Source: Tetramitus jugosus
Taxonomy: Eukaryota; Protista; Heterolobosea
NCBI GenBank assembly: GCA_937625935.1
Contig: OW569361.1
Location: 62,001-126,000, forward strand
Length of the DNA stretch: 64,000 nucleotides
Direction of reading: 5' to 3'
Position 1 is the stretch's first letter. Every line of letters starts with the position of its first letter. Position numbers and translations under genes: made by a program. Positions 12,323 to 23,220 of the stretch are shown in pieces. Below the pieces are notes generated by a model that saw only the letters and a list, made by a program, of their open reading frames with translations, was not told the origin of the DNA and searched no databases.

Positions 12323-13957
12323 TTATTGCGAGGCAGCAGATGCTCGCAGAAGCACTTTGTAGTCCTTCTTGCTTGGATTGACCTTGTCTTTGATTGCGTC
12401 GAATGCTTCTTGATAGAGATCCTTCACCTCTTGTTCAGAAGTGACTTGGTTAGGCAGGAGACTAGTCACGCTGGCAAAGTCGTAGGTGCATCGAGCGAAC
12501 CACATTCCATGCTCAGGCTTCAAGTGCTGCCTTGCCTTCTCGAGATATCCTGCAGCCAATTCTAAGCTATGCAACTTCTTATCGACCACATACTGTATCA
12601 TGAGACACTCTGCCAAGAAAATAACCAGACGGGCATACTGTCCTCGCAACACACGCATCATGCTCATTCTTCTCGTTATTTGTGCCTTGTCCGTTGGATT
12701 CATCAGAGCTTCGAGAATAACGTGCGACTGATTTAAATAATTGAGTGATTCTGATACCTGGGCAGATGTCACTTGACTCTTGGATGAAAAGAGTAAACGA
12801 CGGTACTGTGTATATCCCATATTCATCATAATAACAGACATTTGTTGAAGATCACTTGGATTGACTTGTTGCTGCTGATTCACATTCTTGAGCATCTCAG
12901 TCAAGCTTTCAGCACCAGCAAGGTCTGACTGTGCAATGCACAGATCCAATGATTTCTTAAAGTGTGAAATGGACTTGTCAAGCAAGTCTACAATCCTTCG
13001 CTTCTTTTTCTTCTTTAATTCTTCAGCGATCGACACGGACCATCCTTCTCCTCCGTTCAATATCTCAAATATCATTGTTCCATCAGTGTCTACACTTTGT
13101 TGTGATGGAGCTTCATTGTCCACACCTTCGTCATCGTCATCTGAATTTGCACTATTCAACAAGAACTCGACTTGCTGCAAGCACAAATTGCCCAAATTGT
13201 TGTAAATGGTACCGCACGAGAGACACTCCTGATTGGACAACTCTGATATGGGTCTGTTCTTCTCTATTACGCTCAACACTCTCTCATAGCACTCAATAGC
13301 CTTGTTCATCGATGTCATATCACCCATCTTCTTATATGCCAAACCCAATTTCTGATACAAGTTCAACAACAATTGTTGCACCTTGTTGGGATCAACTTCA
13401 CCCTTCATAGTCTCCAACGCCTTTGCATGCTCCAGTGCTCTCTCCAAATACTTTTTAGCATTGAGCACATTGCTCTTCTTGGTCAAATCCGGTTCATAGA
13501 TTCTCTGTAGATAAATACTCGACAATTGCTCTTCGATGCCAATGAAAAACTGATACATGTTCAAATAGGAAGTCGACGATGACTTTTTCTTGTTCTTACT
13601 AGAACCACTACTAGCATTACCTTGATCCAACTGATTCGAATCGACAACTCTCTTCATAATGGCACTGAGATGAGCATAAATGCACTCTAGTCCAATGAGA
13701 CTCAACTCTTGAAAATGATTGAACGTTTGACCAGTTGTTTCACACTTGAATGGCATGACACCACTCAATGGAAACGAGTGAATCATCATGCTCAACTTGA
13801 ACAGAATGATAATCATGTCGAAAAAGGATTCGTCATCCTTGAAACTACTACTACTACTCTTGAGCAACTCGTTGAACTTGTTTTCGAAAAAGGGAAAAAA
13901 TTTTTTACGATTTTGCATCATGAGAATGCACGCGTTCTGAGACAGTGTCTCGAACAT
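12323..13957 (-). CDS. TPR-repeat protein (true start uncertain)
   Basis: TPR-like helices LYQKLGLAYKKMGD...AIECYERVL and TIYNNLGNLC. The frame stays open without an ATG up to 14185. Confidence 0.7.
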   Translation of the reverse strand: MFETLSQNACILMMQNRKKFFPFFENKFNELLKSSSSSFKDDESFFDMIIILFKLSMMIHSFPLSGVMPFKCETTGQTFNHFQELSLIGLECIYAHLSAIMKRVVDSNQLDQGNASSGSSKNKKKSSSTSYLNMYQFFIGIEEQLSSIYLQRIYEPDLTKKSNVLNAKKYLERALEHAKALETMKGEVDPNKVQQLLLNLYQKLGLAYKKMGDMTSMNKAIECYERVLSVIEKNRPISELSNQECLSCGTIYNNLGNLCLQQVEFLLNSANSDDDDEGVDNEAPSQQSVDTDGTMIFEILNGGEGWSVSIAEELKKKKKRRIVDLLDKSISHFKKSLDLCIAQSDLAGAESLTEMLKNVNQQQQVNPSDLQQMSVIMMNMGYTQYRRLLFSSKSQVTSAQVSESLNYLNQSHVILEALMNPTDKAQITRRMSMMRVLRGQYARLVIFLAECLMIQYVVDKKLHSLELAAGYLEKARQHLKPEHGMWFARCTYDFASVTSLLPNQVTSEQEVKDLYQEAFDAIKDKVNPSKKDYKVLLRASAASQ

Positions 13958-14739
13958 GTATTCGGCATTAGAGTCCTTTCCGTCTTTGATGTCTTGGATG
14001 AGATTGTTGATGAAAAGGTCAAAAATTTGTTCATCAGTGTAAATCTTGCCAGTTTTGTTGATATTGTCATCGCTAGATGTGTACTGTATACGGTTGGATG
14101 CTGCTTTGTTGTTAAGTGTTTGTGCTTCGGTTGTGTGAATGAACAGCAGCGAATATTGATTTTTGTCAAGATCTGCCGAGAAACGTCAAACGTTGGACAG
14201 AATCAGAATTTCATTGTCGGAGCGGTTTTTCTTTCATTTCTGCGCCAGAAATTTTCCCACCAAACAAAAAATAACGCAATTAATAAACACAGAACATAAA
14301 ATGGCTCAAACATTCAAACCTGCTGCATACACACGTATGTCAATCATTTTTTCACGTTTTTTGTCATTCTAAACGTGATGAACGAAGAACTAACAGAAGA
14401 AAAATGATTTTTTGATGCATTCATTTTTTATAGCAAGAAGACAAGTTAGATTCTCTGCTTTGGGATCCACTGCAAGAGCTTTTGCTATTGGAATTTTCGC
14501 CACTGCTGCTATCGCCCCAGTTTGCCCTGGATTTAGAAAGGTGGTCTTTGGTTTGGTCGGTGGTCGCAAGTAAATGAACCAAAAAAAAGCAACTTTATTT
14601 TTTTCACGATCACAGAATGTCATTTTTTTGATGATCATCATTGGGTTCTTTTCGTTCATGTGTGGATGTTGGAAGATGTCTCTTTTTGATTTCACATAAA
14701 AAAAACTTTGTATTTCTCTCTTTTGTGTGTAACAAAGAA

Positions 14740-17036
14740 TTAAGATGATTGTTCTGTTGTGGTGGTAGCAGTGGCTGCTGCTGTTGGCTGTGGCGTCGTT
14801 TCTTGTGTTGATACAGCTGCTGGAGTTGTGTCTTGGCTTGTTGGTGGTGGTGCAGATGTTGAGGAAGAGGAGGCATCTTGATCCGTCTTTTGATAGGTGT
14901 ACAGTGGAATGGCCATGGCCTTTCTGTCTTCTTCCTCCTGTTCTCTCCTTCTTCGTCTAATCTCATCCCAATCAGGTGTCTTGTATTGACGATTGATACC
15001 GTCCAATGGAATGAAGGCCAAGTAACGAGAAATGGAACCAAACTTGCGAATTTCATCAGACACTTCATTCACCATGACACTGTCAAGCTTGAGTTGCATT
15101 CCAGCAACTTGTTTTTGAATGAACCATTCGCGATCGTCCTTATTCTTCTTCTTTTTCTCTGACAAGGAGAGTGTGTTGTTGAGCTCTGATGTCACAGCTT
15201 CAACAGAGGTTTGCTCAGAGGCTTGGTTATCAGGAGTTTGTTCTGTTTCATTCTTGACTTCATCCTCGAATGTGTGTATCGAGAATTGAATGGCTGCATT
15301 CTTGAATCCGATAATGTTGTTACAGACTTCCATGCCAGCTGCAACAACAAATCCCTGGCCGTAACTGCTCTTCTTTGAGAGGAGATCGCTCAGGAACAAG
15401 TTGGCTCTCTTTGTAAACTTTTGTTCATTGTAAAAGATGTCGAATCGCTCAACAACGGCATGAGCCATCATTTCAGCAATGGTTGGCATCTTGTACAGTT
15501 GAGCCAGCTGTTGAACCATCTTTTGCAATTGTTCTCTGGTGCGTTCATACTTTGTCATGCTTGCATCTGCAGCCATTCCCTCAATGAGTTTCTTTGCTTG
15601 ATTCTCCAATCCCAACACATCACTCTTCTGAGACACAATGTACACTTCCTTGACAAGATCGGGCATTACAGACAATGTAGAACGAGACAATTGACTAATA
15701 CCTGATGTCTTCTCCATAGTCTGATTATAATTGCACTCCTTGCACATGATGGTGCACGTTCCAGCCTTCAATCTCTTTCTAATCTTCAAACTTCCACACT
15801 GTGGACAATTCTTGGAATCATAATTCTTGCAATTGGCCACCGTAGGATAAATTCCAATCGCGTTTGGCAACTGATGATCACTAATGACCTTGATCATAAT
15901 ATCTCTGACTTGAGGAGTCACTGCATCAGCCTTATTCAACACAAAAATAATGGGAATATCCTTGAGAAGCTCTCTGCAGAACGTGGCTTCAAACGGTTGG
16001 AATCTAGCCTGTGTCAAATCAATCACATACCACACGACATGAACGTGCTTTTCGAGATCTGATTCGCCGCGCAATTTCTTGAAAAATTTCTTGGTGTCGG
16101 CAACAAATCCGCTCTCGACATAACCGTGTTCGATACCCTTGGAGTCGTAAATGACGACAGGGCTCTCTGGACCAGAGAACTTTGTGTATTGTTGAGTGAT
16201 TGGCTTACCTTCACCAATCTCTGCCAATGGAACACCGAAAACAGCATTGACCAAGCTACTTTTACCTGCACCACTGCCACCGAGCAACAAAATGTTTGGC
16301 TTGTGTGTATTGGCATTGATTTCAACATACTTTTCTTGAAGTTGCTTCTTCATGGCATCAATCTCATTGTTGATTGCACTGTGTTCGTCTTGAATGAGAG
16401 TCACTGTAAATTCTCCCTTGCTTTGATTGCACTGCATCATGAGCTCTGTACATTTATCACACGTGCACACAATATCATTACACCATTTTCAAGGGAAAAA
16501 AAAAGAATCATCACACAAAAAGCTTTGTTAGCTTTCCATCAAAAAATACGCACAGAATTTTTTGCAAATCAAACTCTATCCACACAAATAAACACACACA
16601 TTCATTCACACGACAACACAAACATACCATTGTATTCATTCGTAGAAAGAGTATTGACTCTACTGCGAACCCACTTCCTCCTTCGTATCATATCATAAAA
16701 TGATTCAGCATAACTCCAATGCTTGCTCTCGTCTTTACCTGATGTACTGTTCCATTTGGAGGCATATTGCCATGCATCACTACCCAAATGAAGCCACTCT
16801 TCAGTTAACCATTGCCATGGTGATTGATTATTGTTGATTCGTTGTTTATTGAGTTCTTCAATCTGATCATTCTTGTAGGCTGGTGTGATTTCACCTTGAT
16901 TGCTATTGAGGAATTTGGAGGGTGATTGAAAATGAGAAAAAATACTTCTTCTTGTTTGGACCTCATAGAGAATATCGGTCACTTTGACACGATGAGTTGT
17001 GGTTGTTGTGGTTGTTGATGATGATGATGATGCCAT
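14740..17036 (-). CDS. DysF (dysferlin/Pex24p-like) domain + P-loop GTPase with Zn-ribbon; exons 17036-16628 and 16445-14740
   Basis: Exon 1 has WQW..EW....DAWQYA..W...IRRRKWVR. The GTATGT...CAG intron joins in frame (NEYN-E-LMMQ). G1 GGSGAGKSS, G3 DSKG and G4 NKAD are present, followed by CPQC...CKEC. Confidence 0.75.
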
Positions 17037-17230
17037 ATGAGTGTTCTGTTGTTTTTGTGATTATTTGATTTTTGTTGTTGTGGTCGTGCGGAATTTTTTA
17101 ATTGGTTCAAAAAGAGGATGGACCTGGGGTTTTTCTGTGTGAAAATCGAATCTCTCCAGAAGCTTTTTGCCCCCGAAAGCAGGAAAGAGAATTGGTATTG
17201 GGGATATCGGATATTGGATTTGTTGTTGTT

Positions 17231-18094
17231 TTAGTACGAGTCTCGGTCCTTTTCAGGCTGATACCGAGACATTTTCAAGTGTGTAACAGAGACATGGCTC
17301 TTCAAAAAGTCTTCAATGCTCAATGAGTCATCGTCACTGCTCCGATTGTTTGTAGCAGTGCACAAATTGTCCATTGTTACGATACATAGCAGTAAATTCT
17401 TTGAGACAGTGACAGAGAGACGAGAGTGATGCTGCAGTTCCTTCCATGTCAACTGCGACGATTCATCATCCCCATCGGAACCACGTGCAGATGACGATGG
17501 TGACTTGTGACGAACAATTAATCGAACACAGTACTGTGCATGATCCGTTTCAGGTCCTCTCCTGTACAATACATAATCACAACCATATTTCACACCACTG
17601 CGCGTCACCCATCCTCTACTCCTATAGTAGTGAAACGCAGCATACCGACTCACAAAGCTCTCACGCCCCTCCAATTCACAAAACAAGTTCCAACATTGCC
17701 GAATCGTCAAACACTCCTGATCCAGTTCGCTCTTGAAGATTTGCATACTACCCAATGCAAAACACAGATAAAACGCTTCTTGCAGCGTAAAAATCAACAC
17801 TTCTGGCGGCGTTTGTGCAATGAGCTGTGCATTGTTCAATCTAAATTCTTCCAACTGCGATTTTAGCTCCCACTTGTTTTGTTTGGTCAGTACATCGTCA
17901 ATGAACTGATCATGTGAATCATGAACAGGCCTAGAACGCGAATAGGAACCTGTGCCGAAAAAACCCCGATCGTAGCAGGAAAGATTGACTACGGTAACAC
18001 AACGACCATGAATGACTCCTCGTATCATATCATGTGACGTTGGTTTTTTGTTATTATCTTGATGATCATCTTCTCTCCACTCTACTTTGAGCAT
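17231..18094 (-). CDS. TSEN2: tRNA-splicing endonuclease catalytic subunit Sen2
   Basis: GFFGTGSYSRSRP, LTLQEAFYL-like segment, and YHYYRSRGW-like RSGVKYGCDYVLYRRGP..DHA with a catalytic K in SVTVSKNL. Confidence 0.9.
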   Translation of the reverse strand: MLKVEWREDDHQDNNKKPTSHDMIRGVIHGRCVTVVNLSCYDRGFFGTGSYSRSRPVHDSHDQFIDDVLTKQNKWELKSQLEEFRLNNAQLIAQTPPEVLIFTLQEAFYLCFALGSMQIFKSELDQECLTIRQCWNLFCELEGRESFVSRYAAFHYYRSRGWVTRSGVKYGCDYVLYRRGPETDHAQYCVRLIVRHKSPSSSARGSDGDDESSQLTWKELQHHSRLSVTVSKNLLLCIVTMDNLCTATNNRSSDDDSLSIEDFLKSHVSVTHLKMSRYQPEKDRDSY

Positions 18095-18269
18095 GTTGAC
18101 TCAGTTATTTGATTTTTCTGAACGTTTTCTTCTCGATGCAGCGGAGGAGGTGTTTTCCTCTGAATTTCCACTTTCCACTTTGCGATCGATCAACAAAACA
18201 ACAACAAAAATCAAAAAACAATTAAAACAATTAAAAACATCAACAGACACATAACAACTCAGACAAACA

Positions 18270-19247
18270 ATGTGGACACTCATCATTGCCAGTGTTCTCT
18301 TCATCTCCATTGTCTGTTGTTACATCCTACTCTGGATCAATTCCAAGCGCGTTGTCTCTCATTATAAATTCTCCGACTATCAAATCGAACAAACGAGCAA
18401 AGCTTCAGTCGAAGAAAAACAGCATTCCATCATGGAGAATGCGTCCATTGACTTGTCCATTGTTTTTCCTGCCTACCTTGAAGAAGATCGCATCACGCAC
18501 ACACTCACCATTACAGATGAGTACTTGAGACATCGATTGAACAAGGAGGATCCAAATTTCACATGGGAGATGATTGTGGTGGATGATGGGAGTCGTGATC
18601 GAACAAGTCAAGTCGTTCGAGATTTTATCAAAAAACAGAATGATGAAAAAAGCAAGAACCGTATTTTGTTGTTGCCATTGGGTCATAACAAGGGCAAGGG
18701 ATTCGCAGTCAAGCAAGGTGTGCTTCGATCGAGAGGCAAATACGTGTTGATGGCAGATGCGGATTCAGCGACTGATATCGCTGATTTGAAAACGTTGGAA
18801 GAAAAATTGAAACTGGTGGAGGACAATAGAGGACACGGTATGGCCATTGGTTCACGTGCGCACATGGCTCAAGGAGTGGTGCGCGAAAGAAAGTGGTACA
18901 GGAATATTTTGATGCACGGGTGGCACTTTTTGGTAAAGTATGTGGCCGGTGTGTCGCACATTGATGATACTCAGTGTGGATTCAAGTTGTTTACGAGAGA
19001 GACGGCGAAGCAACTGTTTTTGAATTTGAAGATTGATCGATGGTGCTTTGATATTGATTTGTTTCATATTGCAATGAAATTCAATGTGCCATATGTGGAG
19101 GTGCCAGTGAATTGGAGAGAGATTGAAGGCAGTAAAATGAACTTGAAGGGAATGGTCGTCATGGGAATTGACTTGTTGTTGATCCGATTGTACTACATGC
19201 TTGGTTTCTGGACTGTGAACCTAAATGCCACCATACCCTCTCAATAA
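18270..19247 (+). CDS. ALG5: Dolichyl-phosphate beta-glucosyltransferase (GT2)
   Basis: N-terminal TM helix, then VVDDGSRD, NKGKGFAV, MADADSAT, GSRAHM, DTQCGFKLFTR and EVPVNWREIEGSK. Confidence 0.95.
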   Translation: MWTLIIASVLFISIVCCYILLWINSKRVVSHYKFSDYQIEQTSKASVEEKQHSIMENASIDLSIVFPAYLEEDRITHTLTITDEYLRHRLNKEDPNFTWEMIVVDDGSRDRTSQVVRDFIKKQNDEKSKNRILLLPLGHNKGKGFAVKQGVLRSRGKYVLMADADSATDIADLKTLEEKLKLVEDNRGHGMAIGSRAHMAQGVVRERKWYRNILMHGWHFLVKYVAGVSHIDDTQCGFKLFTRETAKQLFLNLKIDRWCFDIDLFHIAMKFNVPYVEVPVNWREIEGSKMNLKGMVVMGIDLLLIRLYYMLGFWTVNLNATIPSQ

Positions 19248-19475
19248 ATATTCCACTAATCCCAACTTGACATTCTGAGCGACAAAAATGAACAATAGAT
19301 CAATCTAGATTTCTTGTTGGTGTATTTCAGAAAAGTTACAAATTGTTACATTTACAAGCTGAAAATCGGACCATGAAGTTTCTCAGACGATGTCTCTACG
19401 CCAGGTGAAGAGACTTCTGTCAGGAGATACTTCTTACGGTCTTGACTACAGTCATAATCATAAACTTGATATGGA

Positions 19476-20348
19476 TTACTTGTGAATAACAAACCCCATC
19501 TGGATTGGATAGTGATTGGCAATAATAGGATCAACCCAGACAGCCCTATCTGTCAATACTTGGGCAGTACGGTCAATCTGCTTTCTGGTTTGATTTCTAA
19601 CTGCAACGTGATCAATGGCATGGGTCTTTTTCTCGTGAGTAGTGGTACCGACCATACTGTCATTGACAAATGGAATGAGCCTGTTGAAGTCTTTCATCTC
19701 AACATCTTCAATAAATCTGGATCCATGCTTCTTTCGTCTCATTCGATTCATATCACCAACAACAACCAGGCACTTCAATTTGCTGGACTTATTACGGATA
19801 GTTGTGAGATCGACATTATTCAGTTCCTTTTTTCTTGGGAGATGGACCACCATAAGATGAACGACAACCTTGCCAATACGAATCTCGAACAGACCACTTC
19901 TGCCATGCAATGAGAAAGTTTTGTCCTGTTTCACCTGTAATCCTGCTCTGTACAGCAATAGAATGCCATAGGGAGCATCTTTTTGGTTATCCTTCAATTG
20001 CTTCTGTTGTACATAACAAAAGTCAATTCCATTCTTTTCCAACTGAGCGGCATAATGTTGAGAAGGGGCATCGCTAACTTCACAAAATGCGGAGAAGAGA
20101 CGATTCTCCATCAATTGTAAAAAGTGGTTAATCATAACTTCACTGTTTGGTGTCTGAGTAGTGTTCATCCTCCCAATATTTTGAAATACTCCCAGAAGTT
20201 GGATTCGATTGGGGGATTCAGTCAGTCCAATACATTTCTTGGCATCAACAAGGGTGGTTTGAGTTGACAACTCCTTGATCTCTTCCTTCTTGACATGTTT
20301 CTTACCTGTACCGGCTCCAACCTGGTTGTTTGGTTCTTTCTTGTGCAT
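19476..20348 (-). CDS. Stand-alone EEP (exonuclease-endonuclease-phosphatase/DNase I-like) protein
   Basis: EEP motifs in order: FQNI (N), FCEV (E), VVHLP (H), VVGDMN, AIDHV and ANHYPI (SDH equivalent). First ATG at 20348; the track starts at a GTG at 20423. Confidence 0.7.
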   Translation of the reverse strand: MHKKEPNNQVGAGTGKKHVKKEEIKELSTQTTLVDAKKCIGLTESPNRIQLLGVFQNIGRMNTTQTPNSEVMINHFLQLMENRLFSAFCEVSDAPSQHYAAQLEKNGIDFCYVQQKQLKDNQKDAPYGILLLYRAGLQVKQDKTFSLHGRSGLFEIRIGKVVVHLMVVHLPRKKELNNVDLTTIRNKSSKLKCLVVVGDMNRMRRKKHGSRFIEDVEMKDFNRLIPFVNDSMVGTTTHEKKTHAIDHVAVRNQTRKQIDRTAQVLTDRAVWVDPIIANHYPIQMGFVIHK

Positions 20349-20482
20349 CGTATGTGGCTTGATTTTTCTGTTCTTTTTGTTTGGACAAAGTGCCAAAAAA
20401 GACGCCTTAAAGACACCACCCACCGCTCAATTTCGAACTTGAAAACTAATTGTAAACTCGTGGAACCTTAAACGAGAAAAAA

Positions 20483-21595
20483 ATGCAAAAAAACAACTTC
20501 AGCCAAAGGAAACAACGTGTCTGTCATGCCTTAAAGGAATCGTCCTTACTCAATGATGAGTCTCATCTCAAAAGGACAATCTACTCTCTCAATCCGACAC
20601 AACTCGCATTCATATTTCGCAAGGTTTTTCAACAAAGCAGGAATGCATTCTGTTCGCAGTACAAGTTGAATGAAATGACATTTTCAAAGTGGTTAAGCGA
20701 GAAGACTGTATATCCTGCGGGGATCACCGCAGTAAGAAACTATTTGTTGTGTGATTCAGAAGACAATGAGAATTCGTTGTTCTTTTCTACGGACAGTGCC
20801 TTTTATCAACTACTTGTGGATCGAGGTGACAAATTGAGTGGTGTTGTATTTGTTGATGGAGATAACGCTGTTTCTTGTATGGACAGTCTGTGGAAGGTCA
20901 TTGGAAATGAGGATGACATATTCGGGTTACACTTTGCAATTGTGATGACTAGAGATACATTTTCTTCAAAATTGATTGGATTTGAGTTACGATCTTGGGT
21001 GTCATTACTTCAATCTGATTTGCAAGTGAAGAGTGCTGTGGATGTCGCAATTTGTGTCTGTGCCACCATGGCAAATGTGTATCTGCAGGGCAGAGATATT
21101 CCATTCTATATTGTATCTGGTGATAAGTTTGCAGCCGAGTTGAGCTCAAAATTGTTCAATTTAGGCAGAAGTTGTTGTCATATTGATCATAGCGATACAG
21201 ATCTTGGTGATTACCTGTTCAATATTTATGGTAACACCAAACAAGAGGGGAAAGTGCTGGGCACAGAAACACAAAAGATGAATAAGATTGAGTGTGACAG
21301 TGTTGTTGTACAACCAAGTCCTACAGATCAGTCAGATTCACGACTCAAAATGTCTGTTCAAGAAACAGACAATGAAGTATTGATTGATTTCTTTGCAAAT
21401 AACTGGAAAGATACCGCAGCAGCATTCTGTAGGAAGTACAATATTGATCCATCAAATTTTTCAAAATGGAAACGTGGATTACGTTCGAGCAGAGCAAGTC
21501 GCATCGCTGTAATTGAATACATGAAGGAAATCAACGGAGTGAATTCCACAGAGAAAAATCGTCTCAGCGCAGATGCCGGAAAGACCATCAACTGA
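20483..21595 (+). CDS. NYN/PIN-like RNase domain flanked by two homologous HTH-like repeats
   Basis: VVFVDGDN, KSAVD and IVSGDKF match the NYN/LabA acidic motifs. Repeats are SRNAFCSQYKLNEMTFSKWL..AVRNYL and TAAAFCRKYNIDPSNFSKWK..AVIEYM. Confidence 0.7.
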   Translation: MQKNNFSQRKQRVCHALKESSLLNDESHLKRTIYSLNPTQLAFIFRKVFQQSRNAFCSQYKLNEMTFSKWLSEKTVYPAGITAVRNYLLCDSEDNENSLFFSTDSAFYQLLVDRGDKLSGVVFVDGDNAVSCMDSLWKVIGNEDDIFGLHFAIVMTRDTFSSKLIGFELRSWVSLLQSDLQVKSAVDVAICVCATMANVYLQGRDIPFYIVSGDKFAAELSSKLFNLGRSCCHIDHSDTDLGDYLFNIYGNTKQEGKVLGTETQKMNKIECDSVVVQPSPTDQSDSRLKMSVQETDNEVLIDFFANNWKDTAAAFCRKYNIDPSNFSKWKRGLRSSRASRIAVIEYMKEINGVNSTEKNRLSADAGKTIN

Positions 21596-22449
21596 TTCTT
21601 CTGTGTTGCTATATATTTATTTGGTCTCAGAAGTGAGTAGCACACAAGCACAGAAAACTACGATTTATTGGTGGTATCTTGAAGGACTGAGTATCCCGTA
21701 TATCTCGGATCAGACTACACTAAACACATACTGTATCATGCAGGGCGCTTTCTTACAACAGTGATGGATCATTCCACCTCCAGTTCCTTAATCAGATGAA
21801 AGCCCCTGTCATACGTTGCAAGTCAACATAAGGCTATGCTCTTGGACCGTTTCTTGGCCGATAATTTCTGAATAGCTAATCAAAGCATATAATCAACCCA
21901 TTGTAAGAAACAGAAATCGGTTGATTTAGTGACGGATGCACGTTAGTTGATCTGGACTAGATTGTACAACAGCTGGCTGTAGCACCTCGAGATGCCCACT
22001 TGTGAATTGCAGACAGACTCATCTTCTCTAGCACTGAGAAAGAAAGCTCTTCAATCGACAGCAAGCTAGAAAAATAGGAGCACAGGACCTATGCTTTGCC
22101 AAGCAAATGGATGTTTACTTACCAGGTTTTTGTTCGTACATCAAGCACCTATGTGCCGAGAAGTTCTCTGTTGAAGTAGAGCCCAGACATTTAAGGAGTT
22201 CCACTACACAGGTTATCGTTGTTTTCTCATCTGGATCAATTCAACTCCAAATTTGGTGAAGAGATCGAAAAGGGTTGAGTAGAGTCGTATGATGGTACCG
22301 TCATGGAATCAGGTCATCTATTTGCCTGTTAAGTTATTGATAACGTAATGTTACCTTGCCCGTTCATACAACTATTGTTGCCTCTTTATTCAATAAATAC
22401 AAGTCACTGATATTTTCTCTTCGAAATGCACTGCTCACACGGAGGTCAT

Positions 22450-23220
22450 TTAATTCAAGCGAGGTTTCTTACTCTTTTTCTCCACTTCTTCTTTCGCGAG
22501 CTTGAGTTCCTCCTCCCTTTCCAACGTATAGTAAGATCTTCCAATCACGGAGCACAACACACAATCATATCTATCCTTGTGCTCGACACAATTATTCAAA
22601 TAGGGTATGATGTGATGTTGAACCACTGGCAACGGAATGCCCAACTTTGAGTCCAAAACGTAGGCAACATGCTTCTGTCTGTATTCGTGATCATCCAGAA
22701 CAGTGGGATCAATCTCATTTCTAGGAAATGAGCTTCTATGGTCCTCATAGCAGTCAAAGCACAAAAATCCATCTGCCACTAGCTTGACACCTCCCCAACC
22801 ATCGAAAAACTCTGAGAATTCCGAAGAAAACGCCGTGTGTCCCGTTTTTCCAATTGTAGCAGATCCGTAGGAAGTGTAGTTACAGTTCAAAATCACGAAA
22901 TCTCCAGCCTCGACCACAACTTTATCCGAATAGCTTTCATTTGAAAAATGAGCAAATAATAAAGTGTCAGTCGAAAAGGGTGCTCGTAACTTACTTCACA
23001 AATAAAAGACACGGTACCAAAATTGTCCTCCGTCACAATTAGTATGGTAGTCATCGAAATCTTCCTCCTCCTCAACGTTTGGTTGTTCTTCCTGAGGTTG
23101 CTCATCGTCGTTCTTCTTCTTGTCACCTTTGAGACGCTTTTGTCTTTCGTGTTGTCTAAGGATGGCACACTGGCTGTTCCCACCACCGCAGTGGCCGCAA
23201 TCAAAAGGAAAACAACCCAT
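22450..23220 (-). CDS. Cys-rich orphan protein; exons 23220-23018 and 22933-22450
   Basis: An 84-nt GTACCG...CTGAC...AAG intron joins the two track ORFs in frame: MGCFPFDCGHCGGG...CDGGQFC|YSDKVVVE...NYTSYG...CFDC. Confidence 0.6.
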
